A stretch of DNA of 64,000 nt from a candidate division Kazan bacterium RIFCSPHIGHO2_01_FULL_44_14 (GCA_001771185.1 METB01000001.1:631200-695199), one strand, 5' to 3'; positions 29,558 to 39,450 are shown, counted from the first letter of the stretch. Made by a program: numbers and translations. The notes: generated from the sequence alone by a model not told the origin.

Positions 29558-29599
29558 GGCGTCAAACCTGACGCCTCTTTTTATTGGTATAATGCGATT

Positions 29600-30713
29600 A
29601 TGGCAGAACAGACAGTCAAAGAACGGTTCGAATCTATCCGCCTGCAATTTTCCAAATTGCAGGACTATCTTTGACCCAGATAAAGTTAAATCCAAAGTAG
29701 AAGAATTGACGGCGGAAATGAGTGCGCCGGATTTTTGGAAACAAGATCACCAAGTATCGGCCAAGAAAGCCGAAGAATTGGATTTGCAGACCAAGATTTT
29801 AACCGCCGAGAAGGATACTGAAGATGCTTTGGCCAGGGTGGGTTTGAAATTAAACGAAGACAATTACAGTCCGAACGACAAGGAAATGGAAGCGGACTTA
29901 GACAGTGCGATGCAAAAGATATCTTGGCTAGAGTCGCAGACGCTTTTTTCTGGGCCCTATGACGAGAAAGATGCTTATTTATTTTTTCATGTGGGAGCGG
30001 GCGGGGTGGATGCGGCCGATTGGAATGAAATGCTTTTAAATATGTATTTACAATATGCTAAGCGAAAAGGTTGGAAGACGGAGATATTACATCGGACGGA
30101 CAATGAAGAAGCCGGAATCAAAAATGCGACGGTGAAAATTTCTGGGGTGAGAGCGTATGGTTATTTGAAAGCCGAGGCTGGAGTGCATCGATTAGTTCGG
30201 CAATCGCCATTCAATGCCCAAAATCTGCGTCAGACATCGTTTGCGTTGGTGGAGGTATTGCCAGATATGGGAGATGTGGATGTGGGAATTAAAGAAGATG
30301 ATCTAAAAATAGAGACCTTTAAGTCGTCTGGTCACGGGGGGCAAAGTGTGAACACGACTGATTCGGCTGTGCGAATTATTCATATTCCGACTGGTCTGAC
30401 AGCGGTATCGCAAAATGAACGGTCACAGATGCAAAACCGAGCGACAGCAATGCAGGTGTTAAAGAATAAGGTTTACATTCAAGAACAAGCCGAGCGGGAT
30501 ACGGCAGAGCGGAAGATGAAAGCGGCGACTGCATCGGGTGATTTCGGACATCAAGTTAGAAGTTATGTGATTCATCCGTATCAGCAAGTGAAAGATCATC
30601 GGAGTGATTTTACTGAACCGAGAACTGACAAGATTATGAAAGATGGGGATTTGGATGAAATTATTTTAAGTGTTTTGGTAAATCAGAGAGACAACGATAT
30701 CGATAATAAATAA
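29600..30713 (+). CDS. prfB: Peptide chain release factor 2, requiring a programmed +1 frameshift (frame 0 29600-29671, then +1 frame 29673-30713)
   Basis: Frame 0 reads MAEQTVKERFESIRLQFSKLQDYL and stops at the classical CTT TGA C site, with SD-like AGGA upstream. The +1 frame continues DPDKV... through the SPF motif (SGHGGQ) and GGQ. Confidence 0.9.
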
Positions 30714-30757
30714 AATCCCTCCCCTCGGCAAGCTCGGGACGATGCTTATCCTCGGGA
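30714..30757. repeat. E-family repeat (ccctcggcaagctcgggacgatgcttatcctcgggata)
   Basis: A near-identical copy is inserted in-frame in murD at 56808-56851. Confidence 0.7.
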
Positions 30758-30864
30758 TAACAGATTATCAATAAATAGTGTTTCCCCGAGGAACCGAGGG
30801 GGGCCGAATACTAGAAAATTTAATATGTTGCCCCGGCGAACGGAGGGGATACCTTGGATGGCTT

Positions 30865-31134
30865 ATGGGGGATTTTTCTTATGAATGGTGGGTATATTTA
30901 GTGAGATGTCACGATAAAAGTTATTACTGTGGCATTACTACCGATTTGTATAGACGAATAGATCAGCATAATACGGGCAAGGGTGCAAAATATACGGCTG
31001 GTCGTTACCCGGTGGAATTGTTATGGAGTCGTGAATTTCCCGGCGAAGGTGAAGCCAGAAGTTTTGAACATCGTATCAAAAACTGGGGTAGAATGAAGAA
31101 GGAGAAATTGATAAGAGGAGAGATATACACATAA
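30865..31134 (+). CDS. GIY-YIG nuclease superfamily protein (UPF0213-like)
   Basis: WWVYLVRCHDKSYYCGITTDLYRRIDQHN ... EHRIKNW matches the GIY-YIG fold. It is flanked by 21-bp inverted repeats at 30781-30801 and 31140-31160. Confidence 0.7.
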   Translation: MGDFSYEWWVYLVRCHDKSYYCGITTDLYRRIDQHNTGKGAKYTAGRYPVELLWSREFPGEGEARSFEHRIKNWGRMKKEKLIRGEIYT

Positions 31135-31170
31135 GGTAGCCCCTCGGTACCTCGGGGAAACAATTATTCC

Positions 31171-31851
31171 GTGATAATTTTCGATAAAATTACTAAGCAT
31201 TACGGTTCGCATAAGGCATTGGATAATGTGTCTTTTTCGATTCGGCCGCGCGAATTTGTAATCTTAGTCGGGCCATCCGGAGCTGGTAAGACCACACTAA
31301 TTAAATTATTGCTGTGCGAGGAAAAGCCAACTTTCGGCAGTATTACGATTGACGGTAAAGATATCCATTTGCTGCAAGAAAAATATATTCCATATTATCG
31401 TCGGCAAATCGGAGTGGTATTCCAAGATTTTAAACTCCTGCCCAGCCAAACGGTAGAAGAGAATGTGGCGTTTGCAATGCAGGTTTCGGGTAAGCCGGAT
31501 AGCGAAATCAACAAGGAGGTAGCAAAGATTTTGGAATTGGTGGGATTAAAGGACAAAGCCCACAATTTTCCGCGAGAGTTATCTGGCGGGGAGATTCAAC
31601 GGGTGGCAATTGCTCGGGCACTGGTGTTTCGGCCACAGTTTTTAATTGCCGATGAACCGACTGGCAACCTCGATCCAGCCAATGCTTGGGAAATCACTAA
31701 ATTGCTGTTGAAAATTAATTCTTTGGGGACCACGGTGCTGTTGGCGACCCATAATCGGGATATTGTAAACAGTATCAATAAGCGGGTCATTAACATGGAA
31801 GATGGGCGGATAGTAAAAGACAGGCGGAAAGGGAAGTATGATTACAAATAA
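31171..31851 (+). CDS. ftsE: Cell division ATP-binding protein FtsE
   Basis: It has the Walker A motif GPSGAGKTT, the ABC signature LSGGEIQRVAIARAL, and Walker B FLIADEPTGNLD. Confidence 0.9.
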   Translation: MIIFDKITKHYGSHKALDNVSFSIRPREFVILVGPSGAGKTTLIKLLLCEEKPTFGSITIDGKDIHLLQEKYIPYYRRQIGVVFQDFKLLPSQTVEENVAFAMQVSGKPDSEINKEVAKILELVGLKDKAHNFPRELSGGEIQRVAIARALVFRPQFLIADEPTGNLDPANAWEITKLLLKINSLGTTVLLATHNRDIVNSINKRVINMEDGRIVKDRRKGKYDYK

Positions 31852-31905
31852 TCAAATAAATCCGAAATACTAAACTCTAAATCCTAAACAAATTTCAAGC
31901 ACTAA

Positions 31906-32280
31906 ATGACAATTCTTCAAACTAATAAAGCTAGAGCGTATGATTTGGAGTCAAGAACCTTACAATTTGCTATGACTGTGAATAACTATGTCGGACGGTT
32001 ACCCCAGACGGTTGCGAATCAGGAGAATGGGCGGCAATTAATTCGTTCAGCTGGATCAGTAGGTGCTAATTATATTGAGGCCAATGAAGCGTTGAGCAAA
32101 AAAGATTTTGCCATGAGGGTAAAAATATCCAAAAAAGAAGCCAAGGAGAGTCGATTTTGGATATCTCTTACCCAGCCATCAAAAGAGGAGATAAATATAC
32201 GGGAGCACTTGATAAATGAGTCAACTGAGTTAATGAAAATTTTGGGTGCTATATTAGAGGCGTCGTTGATTCGTGTTTAA
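31906..32280 (+). CDS. Four-helix-bundle protein (23S rRNA intervening-sequence protein family)
   Basis: It has the hallmark GANYIEANEALSKKDF. Confidence 0.7.
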   Translation: MTILQTNKARAYDLESRTLQFAMTVNNYVGRLPQTVANQENGRQLIRSAGSVGANYIEANEALSKKDFAMRVKISKKEAKESRFWISLTQPSKEEINIREHLINESTELMKILGAILEASLIRV

Positions 32281-32343
32281 TATATTTTTTGTAATTTGTT
32301 ATTTAGGGCTTGTTTAGAAATTAGAAATTAGGATTTAGAATTT

Positions 32344-33264
32344 TTGTTGGATATGTTAATTTATTTAAATAGAATTTTGCGATCGGCGATGTCGGGTTTT
32401 AAACGCAACGGCTGGTTGTCGTTGGTGGCGGTATTTATTATGACTCAGGCCTTATTATTAATCAGTATTTTTGCGTCGTTAAATTTAGTCATTGGGGCTT
32501 CAATCCAGGCAGTAAATGAACGAATTGATGTGGCGATATTCTTTAAAGAAACAGTCAATCAGAGCGAAGCAATAACATTAAAAAGTCAGGTGGAACAAAT
32601 TGATGGGGTGAAACAAGTGATTTATGTTTCTTCTCAAGATGCATTGGCTAAGTTTTTGGCTGATCATCGCAATCGGGACTCGATTTTGGGAGTGGTGTCT
32701 AAAGATGAAAATTTCCTGCCAGCTAGTTTAGAGGTAAAAGTGACTGACCCGTATCTGATTGAGGGGATAGTTGGCCAAATTACTAAAGGTGAAGGAGGTG
32801 AGTTGATTTCACAGACCAGCTTGGAAGATAACCAAAAATTGATTGAACAGTTGCGCAATTTTGGCGGTTTTGTCCAACGATCTAGTTTACTGCTGGCATT
32901 AGCATTAATTATTATTGCGTTGTTGATTATTTTCAATACAATTCGGATTACCATTTTTACGCGAAGAGAAGAAATCGAAATCATGAAATTGGTAGGGGCA
33001 ACCGATTGGTATATCCGTTGGCCATTTATTATTGAAGGAATGCTATACGGCATAATTGCTACTGCCTTGTCGTTGGTTTTGCTGTATATCGGTTATTTGA
33101 CACTAGCCAAGCCGATGGTGGCGAATTATCTAATATCGACTACTGACAGTCCAGTGTTTACGGTTGGTTTTTTTGCTTTTTTGGCAATTTTGCAATTGGT
33201 AGTTGGGCTGGTGGTGGGCGGAGTTAGCAGTTATTGGGCTACGCGTAAACATCTTCATGTATAA
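32344..33264 (+). CDS. ftsX: Cell division permease FtsX
   Basis: Four TM segments, a periplasmic loop, and a position immediately after ftsE. Confidence 0.85.
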   Translation: MLDMLIYLNRILRSAMSGFKRNGWLSLVAVFIMTQALLLISIFASLNLVIGASIQAVNERIDVAIFFKETVNQSEAITLKSQVEQIDGVKQVIYVSSQDALAKFLADHRNRDSILGVVSKDENFLPASLEVKVTDPYLIEGIVGQITKGEGGELISQTSLEDNQKLIEQLRNFGGFVQRSSLLLALALIIIALLIIFNTIRITIFTRREEIEIMKLVGATDWYIRWPFIIEGMLYGIIATALSLVLLYIGYLTLAKPMVANYLISTTDSPVFTVGFFAFLAILQLVVGLVVGGVSSYWATRKHLHV

Positions 33265-33387
33265 AATAATTACAAATTAAAAATTAAAAATGACAAATGA
33301 AAAATAATAATCAAAGCCCAAACTGCTTAGAAATTGGACATTAGAAATTATTTAGAAATTAGAACTTAGATATTAGAAATTTATTGT

Positions 33388-34554
33388 ATGTTGAGTTGGA
33401 AGAAGACACTTAATTGGTTGCTGGTTGTTACATGTGTGTTCAGCACTGTCGGTTTTGCGTTTGCTGATTTGTTGGGCGATAAAACGGAAGAGTTGGCAGC
33501 CCTGCAGAAACAAATTACTCAACAGCAACAGGCCCTAGATAAGGCCCGAAGTCGGAGTGCGACTTTGAAAAATCAACTGGATATTTTAGATCAGCAAATC
33601 AAAATGACCGAATTGCAGGTTCAGTCACTAACTGTGCAAATTGATAAAACAACTGCTGACATGAGCCGGATTAACCGCGATTTAGTTGATGCGGAAGTCC
33701 AAATTTATGATAGTAAAAAAATCTTGCGGGATGCGATTACCGAATCATATATGCGTCAGCAAACCGGACTGTTGGAAGTACTGTTGGGTTCATCGGACTT
33801 GTCAGATTTTATTTCGCAACTGGAATATGTCACGACCATTGAAGGACGAATTACTAATACTTTGAGCGTACTTCAGGACTTAAACGCTTCGCTAAAGGAG
33901 AGAAAAGGGGAATTGGAGACCGCTGATAAACAATTAAAGCAGTTAGCTGCCTCCAAAGCACTAGAGCAGAATAGTTTAACGGTCCAGGCCGGGGCTAAGG
34001 AAAATTTGTTGAACGATTCAAAGTTGACTGAAGCGGAATATCAAAAAAGATTATTGGATGCAGTGGCGGAAGAGGCCAGGATCCAAAATCAAATCGCCCA
34101 ACTGGCCAAAAATGTTCGCAAAGATACCCTGAACCAGGGTAAATATACTCTGCAATGGCCAATTCCATCCCGGATGATTACTGCCACTTTCCGAGACGGT
34201 GACTATTTGGCTCGGTTCAAAATCCCACATAACGCGATTGACATTGCGACACCGCAAGGGACGCCGATTAAGGCACCAGCTGATGCATTTGTACTGAAGG
34301 TAAAATTTGATGGGAGTAATGCTTATTCCTATATCATTTTGGATCATGGTAATGGGATGGTAACGGTTTATGGTCATGTTAGTGCTGTTTCGGTAGCGGT
34401 TAGTCAGTTTGTACCAGTTGGAGCAGTGATTGGTTATACCGGAGGTACCCCGGGGATGACCGGAGCCGGTTGGTTGACGACTGGACCGCATTTGCATTTT
34501 GAAGTGTGGATGAATGGAGAAGCAAAGAATGCGTTGAATTATTTAGTGGATTAG
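33388..34554 (+). CDS. M23/LytM peptidase with an N-terminal coiled-coil (EnvC-like)
   Basis: It has a signal peptide and a long coiled-coil. The C-terminal LytM domain carries HNAIDIA ... GPHLHFEV. Confidence 0.85.
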   Translation: MLSWKKTLNWLLVVTCVFSTVGFAFADLLGDKTEELAALQKQITQQQQALDKARSRSATLKNQLDILDQQIKMTELQVQSLTVQIDKTTADMSRINRDLVDAEVQIYDSKKILRDAITESYMRQQTGLLEVLLGSSDLSDFISQLEYVTTIEGRITNTLSVLQDLNASLKERKGELETADKQLKQLAASKALEQNSLTVQAGAKENLLNDSKLTEAEYQKRLLDAVAEEARIQNQIAQLAKNVRKDTLNQGKYTLQWPIPSRMITATFRDGDYLARFKIPHNAIDIATPQGTPIKAPADAFVLKVKFDGSNAYSYIILDHGNGMVTVYGHVSAVSVAVSQFVPVGAVIGYTGGTPGMTGAGWLTTGPHLHFEVWMNGEAKNALNYLVD

Positions 34555-34562
34555 AAGCAAAA

Positions 34563-34642
34563 GAATTTCTAATTTCTAATTTCGAATCAAATCCCAATGA
34601 CTGAATGCTCCAAAATTAAGACATTAGGTAATTCATTCGACC
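34563..34642. repeat. C-family hairpin element, copy 2
   Basis: atttctaatttcgaatcaaatcccaatgactgaatgctccaaaattaagacattaggtaattc. Confidence 0.7.
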
Positions 34643-34671
34643 CATTCCCGCTTTGTCTTATATTTTTTTGT

Positions 34672-34745
34672 CATCCTGAGCGAAGTCGAAGGATCTATCT
34701 TTCTTCTACGTCATCCTGAATTTATTTCAGGATCTATTTTTATTT
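34672..34745. repeat. A-family partial elements (two gtcatcctga heads)
   Basis: gtcatcctgagcgaagtcgaaggatct ... gtcatcctgaatttatttcaggatc. Confidence 0.6.
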
Positions 34746-34751
34746 TCTTTT

Positions 34752-34940
34752 TTCAAGCGTTCACGCCCCGCTTGACCGGGCGGTTACTTTTCTGGAAAAG
34801 TAACTCAAAAGCTTCCGCCAGTTCGTCGGGTCTATTCATTGGCAAAAGGACTGGGCGCTCCCGGCGGTATAACCGCCTCCGCCCACTAGCCCTTTTGCTC
34901 AATTCAGAACAACCCTCCTCCAATGGCCGGATAGGAGAAA
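34752..34940 (+). repeat. D-family structured 3'-end element, copy 2 (after the M23 peptidase gene)
   Basis: ttcaagcgttcacgccccgcttgaccgggcgg; H1 gttacttttc-tgg-gaaaagtaac; gtcgggtctattcattgg; helix gcaaaagg...ccttttgc enclosing ggcggt-ataa-accgcc; ctcaattcagaacaaccctcctccaatggccgg. Confidence 0.8.
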
Positions 34941-35217
34941 GGAGAGAAGATAAACCTCGTTACGAAGGGCCAAGTTGGGATTTAGGATTTAGGGTTTGGG
35001 ATTTGTTTAGAAATTAGATATTAGGATTTAGAATTTAACCAGGATTGACTGGTTTCTTGCTACAATGTATCTGTTATACAGGGGAGCGGGTGAGTTTTGG
35101 GTATGGCATAATTGTCCAATTTGTCATTGCGAGTCCTGCTGTCCAGCAGGACGTGGCAATCTAGATTGCTTCATCGCCGACTCTTCGCAATGACGACTAA
35201 GTAAAGTTTCTAATAAT

Positions 35218-36417
35218 ATGTCAAAACAAGTCGGGTTATATGTTGGAGGGGGAGTACTGTTGGTATTGATTTATGTATTGGGGGTGACCACCGGCTATTA
35301 TGGGCGAGTGAATTTGCAGAATTATAGTACGGTGTTTAAGCAGGAGTTGATGGGAAGGAAACTAGGGGAGACCGATTTGAATCTGCTTTGGACGGTGACT
35401 GACTTGGTGAACGAAAAATACCTTGGGCAAACTAACTACCAGGAAATGCTCTACGGCGCGATTCGAGGGGCAGTAGAGGGATTAAACGACCCGTATAGCG
35501 TATTTACTAGTCCGACTGAAAATAGTGCTTTTTTTCAGACCCTGGATGGGGTGTATGAGGGTGTGGGGGTGGAGATTAATGTAATCGAAGGTCATTTGAT
35601 AGTCATTACTCCGGTCAAGGGTTCACCGGCCGAGCGAGCGGGACTACTGCCCAAAGATGAAATTTTGGCAATTGATAATGAAAGCGTAGTTGGAATGACT
35701 TTTGGTGATGCGATTAACAAGATGAAGGGATTGGCGGGAACGACAGTTAAACTGACGGTTGGCCGCGAAGGATTGTCCAATTCTTTGGAGATTGAAATAA
35801 CTCGGGAAACGGTGCGGAGTAAGAGCGTGACGGTGGATATTGATGCGGATAAAATTGCGACCATTAACATTGCTCGATTTGCTTCGGATACCGAAGCCGG
35901 TTTCAAGTCGGCGGTGAATAGTGTAATTGCTGGTGGAGCGGTGGGATTGGTTTTGGACATGCGGAATAATCCGGGCGGATTTTTGGACGTTGGTGTAAAA
36001 GTGGCAAATGAATTTTTGGCTTCGGGGATGATAGTGGAAGAGCGGTTCAAGGATGGTAAGACCACCCCATTTTCGGCGGATGGTTCAGGGCGCCTGACAA
36101 AACTACCGGTAGTGGTATTGGTAAATGAAGGAAGTGCTAGCGCGGCCGAGATTGTAGCAGGGGCGTTGCAGGACAGTCAGCGGGCTAAAATTGTGGGGGA
36201 ACAGACCTATGGTAAGGGGAGTGTGCAAGAGGTGGACGCTTTCCCTGACGGTTCGGCTCTGCGGTTGACGGTTGCTAAATGGTACACCCCTAAAGGGCGT
36301 TCGATTAGCGATGAGGGGATTAAACCTGATAAGGTGTTAAAATGGGAGTCGAGTACTACATCAGATAATCAGCTGGAGGGGGCGAAAGAAGTATTAAAAA
36401 CCATGATAGGGAGATAG
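35218..36417 (+). CDS. ctpA: Carboxyl-terminal processing protease (S41)
   Basis: It has an N-terminal TM, a PDZ domain, and an S41 catalytic region with the GSASAAEI serine box. Confidence 0.85.
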   Translation: MSKQVGLYVGGGVLLVLIYVLGVTTGYYGRVNLQNYSTVFKQELMGRKLGETDLNLLWTVTDLVNEKYLGQTNYQEMLYGAIRGAVEGLNDPYSVFTSPTENSAFFQTLDGVYEGVGVEINVIEGHLIVITPVKGSPAERAGLLPKDEILAIDNESVVGMTFGDAINKMKGLAGTTVKLTVGREGLSNSLEIEITRETVRSKSVTVDIDADKIATINIARFASDTEAGFKSAVNSVIAGGAVGLVLDMRNNPGGFLDVGVKVANEFLASGMIVEERFKDGKTTPFSADGSGRLTKLPVVVLVNEGSASAAEIVAGALQDSQRAKIVGEQTYGKGSVQEVDAFPDGSALRLTVAKWYTPKGRSISDEGIKPDKVLKWESSTTSDNQLEGAKEVLKTMIGR

Positions 36418-36448
36418 AATATAGAATTTGGAATTTAGAATTTTGAGT

Positions 36449-36883
36449 ATGAGAGTGATATTTTTGCAGAATGTGGCGGGAGTGGCAAAGCGGGGTGATG
36501 TAAAAGAAGTGGCCAGTGGTTATGCTCAAAACTTTTTATTGCCTAATGGTTTGGCAGAAATGGCAACTTCAGGAAGGGTGTCGGCGATGAAAGAGCAGTC
36601 CGAACAAAAAACTGCCAAGCAAGAGGCCAAGAGTGGAGAATTGGCACAGCAGGTAAGCGAGTTAGCAGGTAAGCAGGTAAGTATTAGTGTTAAGGCCAAT
36701 CCGAAGGGTGGTTTGTTTGCCATGGTGACAGCCGAGGACATTATTAAACACCTGGGAGTGAAACTTTCTCCTGACCAGATTTTTATTTTGGAACCAATTA
36801 AAAGTGTGGGTGAGCATATAGTAGAGGTGCGGGGTGGCGATGCAACTGCTAAAATAACAGTGACAGTTCAGGCAAAGGCCTGA
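36449..36883 (+). CDS. rplI: 50S ribosomal protein L9
   Basis: MRVIFLQNVAGVAKRGDVKEVASGYAQNFLLP. Confidence 0.9.
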   Translation: MRVIFLQNVAGVAKRGDVKEVASGYAQNFLLPNGLAEMATSGRVSAMKEQSEQKTAKQEAKSGELAQQVSELAGKQVSISVKANPKGGLFAMVTAEDIIKHLGVKLSPDQIFILEPIKSVGEHIVEVRGGDATAKITVTVQAKA

Positions 36884-36947
36884 TGGAAATTACAAATTTC
36901 TAATTTTGAATTTCGAATCAATTTAAGAATGATTTAATGATGGGGGG

Positions 36948-37316
36948 ATGGTGACGCAAACACAAGTTCAATACGATTTAGAGGAGAGAACTGCTAAGTT
37001 TGGAGAAAGGGTGATTGAGTTTTGTCAAAGCATTAGGCAAGATGCAGTCGTGAAACCTCTAATTAGTCAGTTAGTGCGTTCTGGAACGAGTGTTGGGGCA
37101 AACTATATGGAAGCCAATTCGGCTAGTTCTAAAAAAGATTTTACCAACAAGATTTTTATATGTAAGAAAGAGTGTCAAGAGACCAAGCACTGGTTTCGTA
37201 TGGTTGCTAAATCCACACCGGATAGAATGGAGGATATTAGAAAGTTGTGGCAAGAAGCCCAAGAACTAACGCTTATCTTTGGTAAAATTGTTTCGTCTAT
37301 CCGTCGCCAGGATTGA
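36948..37316 (+). CDS. Four-helix-bundle protein (23S rRNA intervening-sequence protein family)
   Basis: It has the hallmark GANYMEANSASSKKDF. Confidence 0.7.
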   Translation: MVTQTQVQYDLEERTAKFGERVIEFCQSIRQDAVVKPLISQLVRSGTSVGANYMEANSASSKKDFTNKIFICKKECQETKHWFRMVAKSTPDRMEDIRKLWQEAQELTLIFGKIVSSIRRQD

Positions 37317-37381
37317 TTAAAAATTCTATCATTCAGATTTCACTCAAAATTCAAAATTCGTAATTAAAAATTAATAACCTC

Positions 37382-38746
37382 ATGGTTAAACAAGATGATA
37401 ATCTTATGAAAGAAATTGTAGCGCTGTGTAAACGGCGTGGTTTAATTTATCCAGGTAGTGAGATTTATGGTGGGCTGGCAAATACCTGGGATTATGGTCC
37501 GTATGGGGTTCTACTTAAAAACAATGTTAAGCAAGCGTGGTGGAAAGAAATGGTGATGAAGCGGTCTGATATTGTGGGACTGGATAGTGGAATCTTAATG
37601 AATCCAAAAGTGTGGGAGGCCAGCGGACATGTAACTAGTTTTACTGATCCGATGGTGGATTGTACTAAATGTCATAATCGTTTTAAGGAGGACTCAGTTG
37701 ATCAAGCGATTGTTATAAACGGAAAGCCGGGTTGTCCAGCTGGTGGGGAGCATGAGTTGACACCAGCGCGGCAATTCAATTTAATGTTTCAGACCCACAT
37801 TGGGCCGGTAACTGACGAAGAGAGCACGGCTTATCTCCGACCGGAAACGGCGCAGGGAATTTTTGTTAACTTTAAAAATGTATTAGACAGCACGCGAGTA
37901 AAGTTGCCGTTTGGAATTGCTCAAATAGGGAAGGCCTTCCGCAACGAGATCACGCCAGGCAATTTTACTTTTCGAACATTAGAATTCGAACAATTTGAAT
38001 TGGAATATTTTGTGTATCCCGAAACCGCGGATAAATTTTTTGCTGACTGGGCGGACGAGCGGTTGCGGTGGTATGTGGATTTAGGATTAGATAGTGCCAA
38101 AGTTCACTTGAAGGCACACGACAAAAAGGACTTGGCTCACTATGCCAGGGCGGTAACCGATATCGAGTATAAGTTTCCGTTTGGTTGGAGCGAGTTGGAG
38201 GGAATTGCTAATCGGGGCGATTACGATTTGGCTCAACATGCCGAAAGTAGTGGCGAGAATTTGGATTATACGGATGATGAGGGCAAGAAAGTAAAGCCGT
38301 ATGTAATTGAGCCGTCCGGTGGGGTAGATCGGGCCGTGCTGGCGTTCCTGGTGGATGCGTATAGGGAAGAGGAGGTGAAACCCTCCTTCGCTAAAGCTAC
38401 GGAAGGGCCGGACGAGAAGCGTATTGTACTTCGTCTTGACCCTCGCCTTGCTCCTATTAAGGCGGCTGTCTTCCCCCTCGTCCGGAAAGAACCGGTGATG
38501 GGAAAAGCTAAAGAGATTTACGAAAATTTGAAGGGAAAATGGTTTGTGGAATACGATGAATCGGGGACGGTGGGGAAGCGGTATCGTCGGCAAGATGAAA
38601 TTGGAACACCATATTGTATCACAGTGGATTTTGAGGGGCTAGAAAGTGAGCCCCAAACCGTGACAATTCGTGACCGAGATACGATGGAACAGAAGCGGAT
38701 TGTGATAGACCAAGTTGGGGAATGGTTGGCGGGAAAAATAAACTAG
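37382..38746 (+). CDS. glyQS: Glycyl-tRNA synthetase (dimeric class II type)
   Basis: It has the anticodon-binding C-terminus and class II motifs (FRNEITPG, GGVDRAVLAFL). Confidence 0.9.
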   Translation: MVKQDDNLMKEIVALCKRRGLIYPGSEIYGGLANTWDYGPYGVLLKNNVKQAWWKEMVMKRSDIVGLDSGILMNPKVWEASGHVTSFTDPMVDCTKCHNRFKEDSVDQAIVINGKPGCPAGGEHELTPARQFNLMFQTHIGPVTDEESTAYLRPETAQGIFVNFKNVLDSTRVKLPFGIAQIGKAFRNEITPGNFTFRTLEFEQFELEYFVYPETADKFFADWADERLRWYVDLGLDSAKVHLKAHDKKDLAHYARAVTDIEYKFPFGWSELEGIANRGDYDLAQHAESSGENLDYTDDEGKKVKPYVIEPSGGVDRAVLAFLVDAYREEEVKPSFAKATEGPDEKRIVLRLDPRLAPIKAAVFPLVRKEPVMGKAKEIYENLKGKWFVEYDESGTVGKRYRRQDEIGTPYCITVDFEGLESEPQTVTIRDRDTMEQKRIVIDQVGEWLAGKIN

Positions 38747-38747
38747 A

Positions 38748-39395
38748 ATGATGAAATCATCTATCTTGCGGGTGGAGACAGTCAAAGGCGACAAGTATGA
38801 AAAGTACTTGCTAAAGTGCAAGAAAGAATTAGATAAATGGTTTGGGGTTAGTGTAAATATTCCACGAGTGTTGTTTGTCCAGTCGCGTAAAGAATACAAC
38901 AAGATAATGGGGTTTAAAACCGAGGCCTGGCAGGTGGGAAATAGTGAAAATGGAGTGATTTACATTTTGGACCCCAAGATTTACACCAAAGAATCCGACC
39001 ATAAAGACATTAAGCGATTTTGGCTAGTGTTAAAGCACGAATATGTTCATCTGTATTGGCACCAGATAACAAAGGCGTGGAACCCTCGGTGGCTAAACGA
39101 GGGGTTGGCCTGTTATTTGGCGGGGCAGGAGAAAAAGACACCGAGCCAGGAAGTGGTTATTGATGTGCAAGAATATTTTAGTCATGGTGGGATGTTCGTT
39201 TATGGGCTGGGATACTTTTGGGTGAATTATTTAGTAAAGAAGTTTGGTAAGACGAAATTGTTGAATTTAATTAAGAGTGTAGATGCGGATATTACTGCAA
39301 AGAAGTTTGAGGTCAAATTTAAGCGGATTTATGGGTTTGGGTTGGACAAGAAGTCACTGAAAGGTAGAATTGGCTCTAAGCAGGGTTTTTCTTGA
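38748..39395 (+). CDS. Putative zinc metallopeptidase (HExxH)
   Basis: It has the HEYVH motif with a Glu 24 residues downstream (NEGLA), a gluzincin-like arrangement. Otherwise the family is unassigned. Confidence 0.45.
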   Translation: MMKSSILRVETVKGDKYEKYLLKCKKELDKWFGVSVNIPRVLFVQSRKEYNKIMGFKTEAWQVGNSENGVIYILDPKIYTKESDHKDIKRFWLVLKHEYVHLYWHQITKAWNPRWLNEGLACYLAGQEKKTPSQEVVIDVQEYFSHGGMFVYGLGYFWVNYLVKKFGKTKLLNLIKSVDADITAKKFEVKFKRIYGFGLDKKSLKGRIGSKQGFS

Positions 39396-39450
39396 CCCAG
39401 AGCGGTATTTGGTGATAGTTTATGGTCATCTAGCACTTGCTGGATGAACT

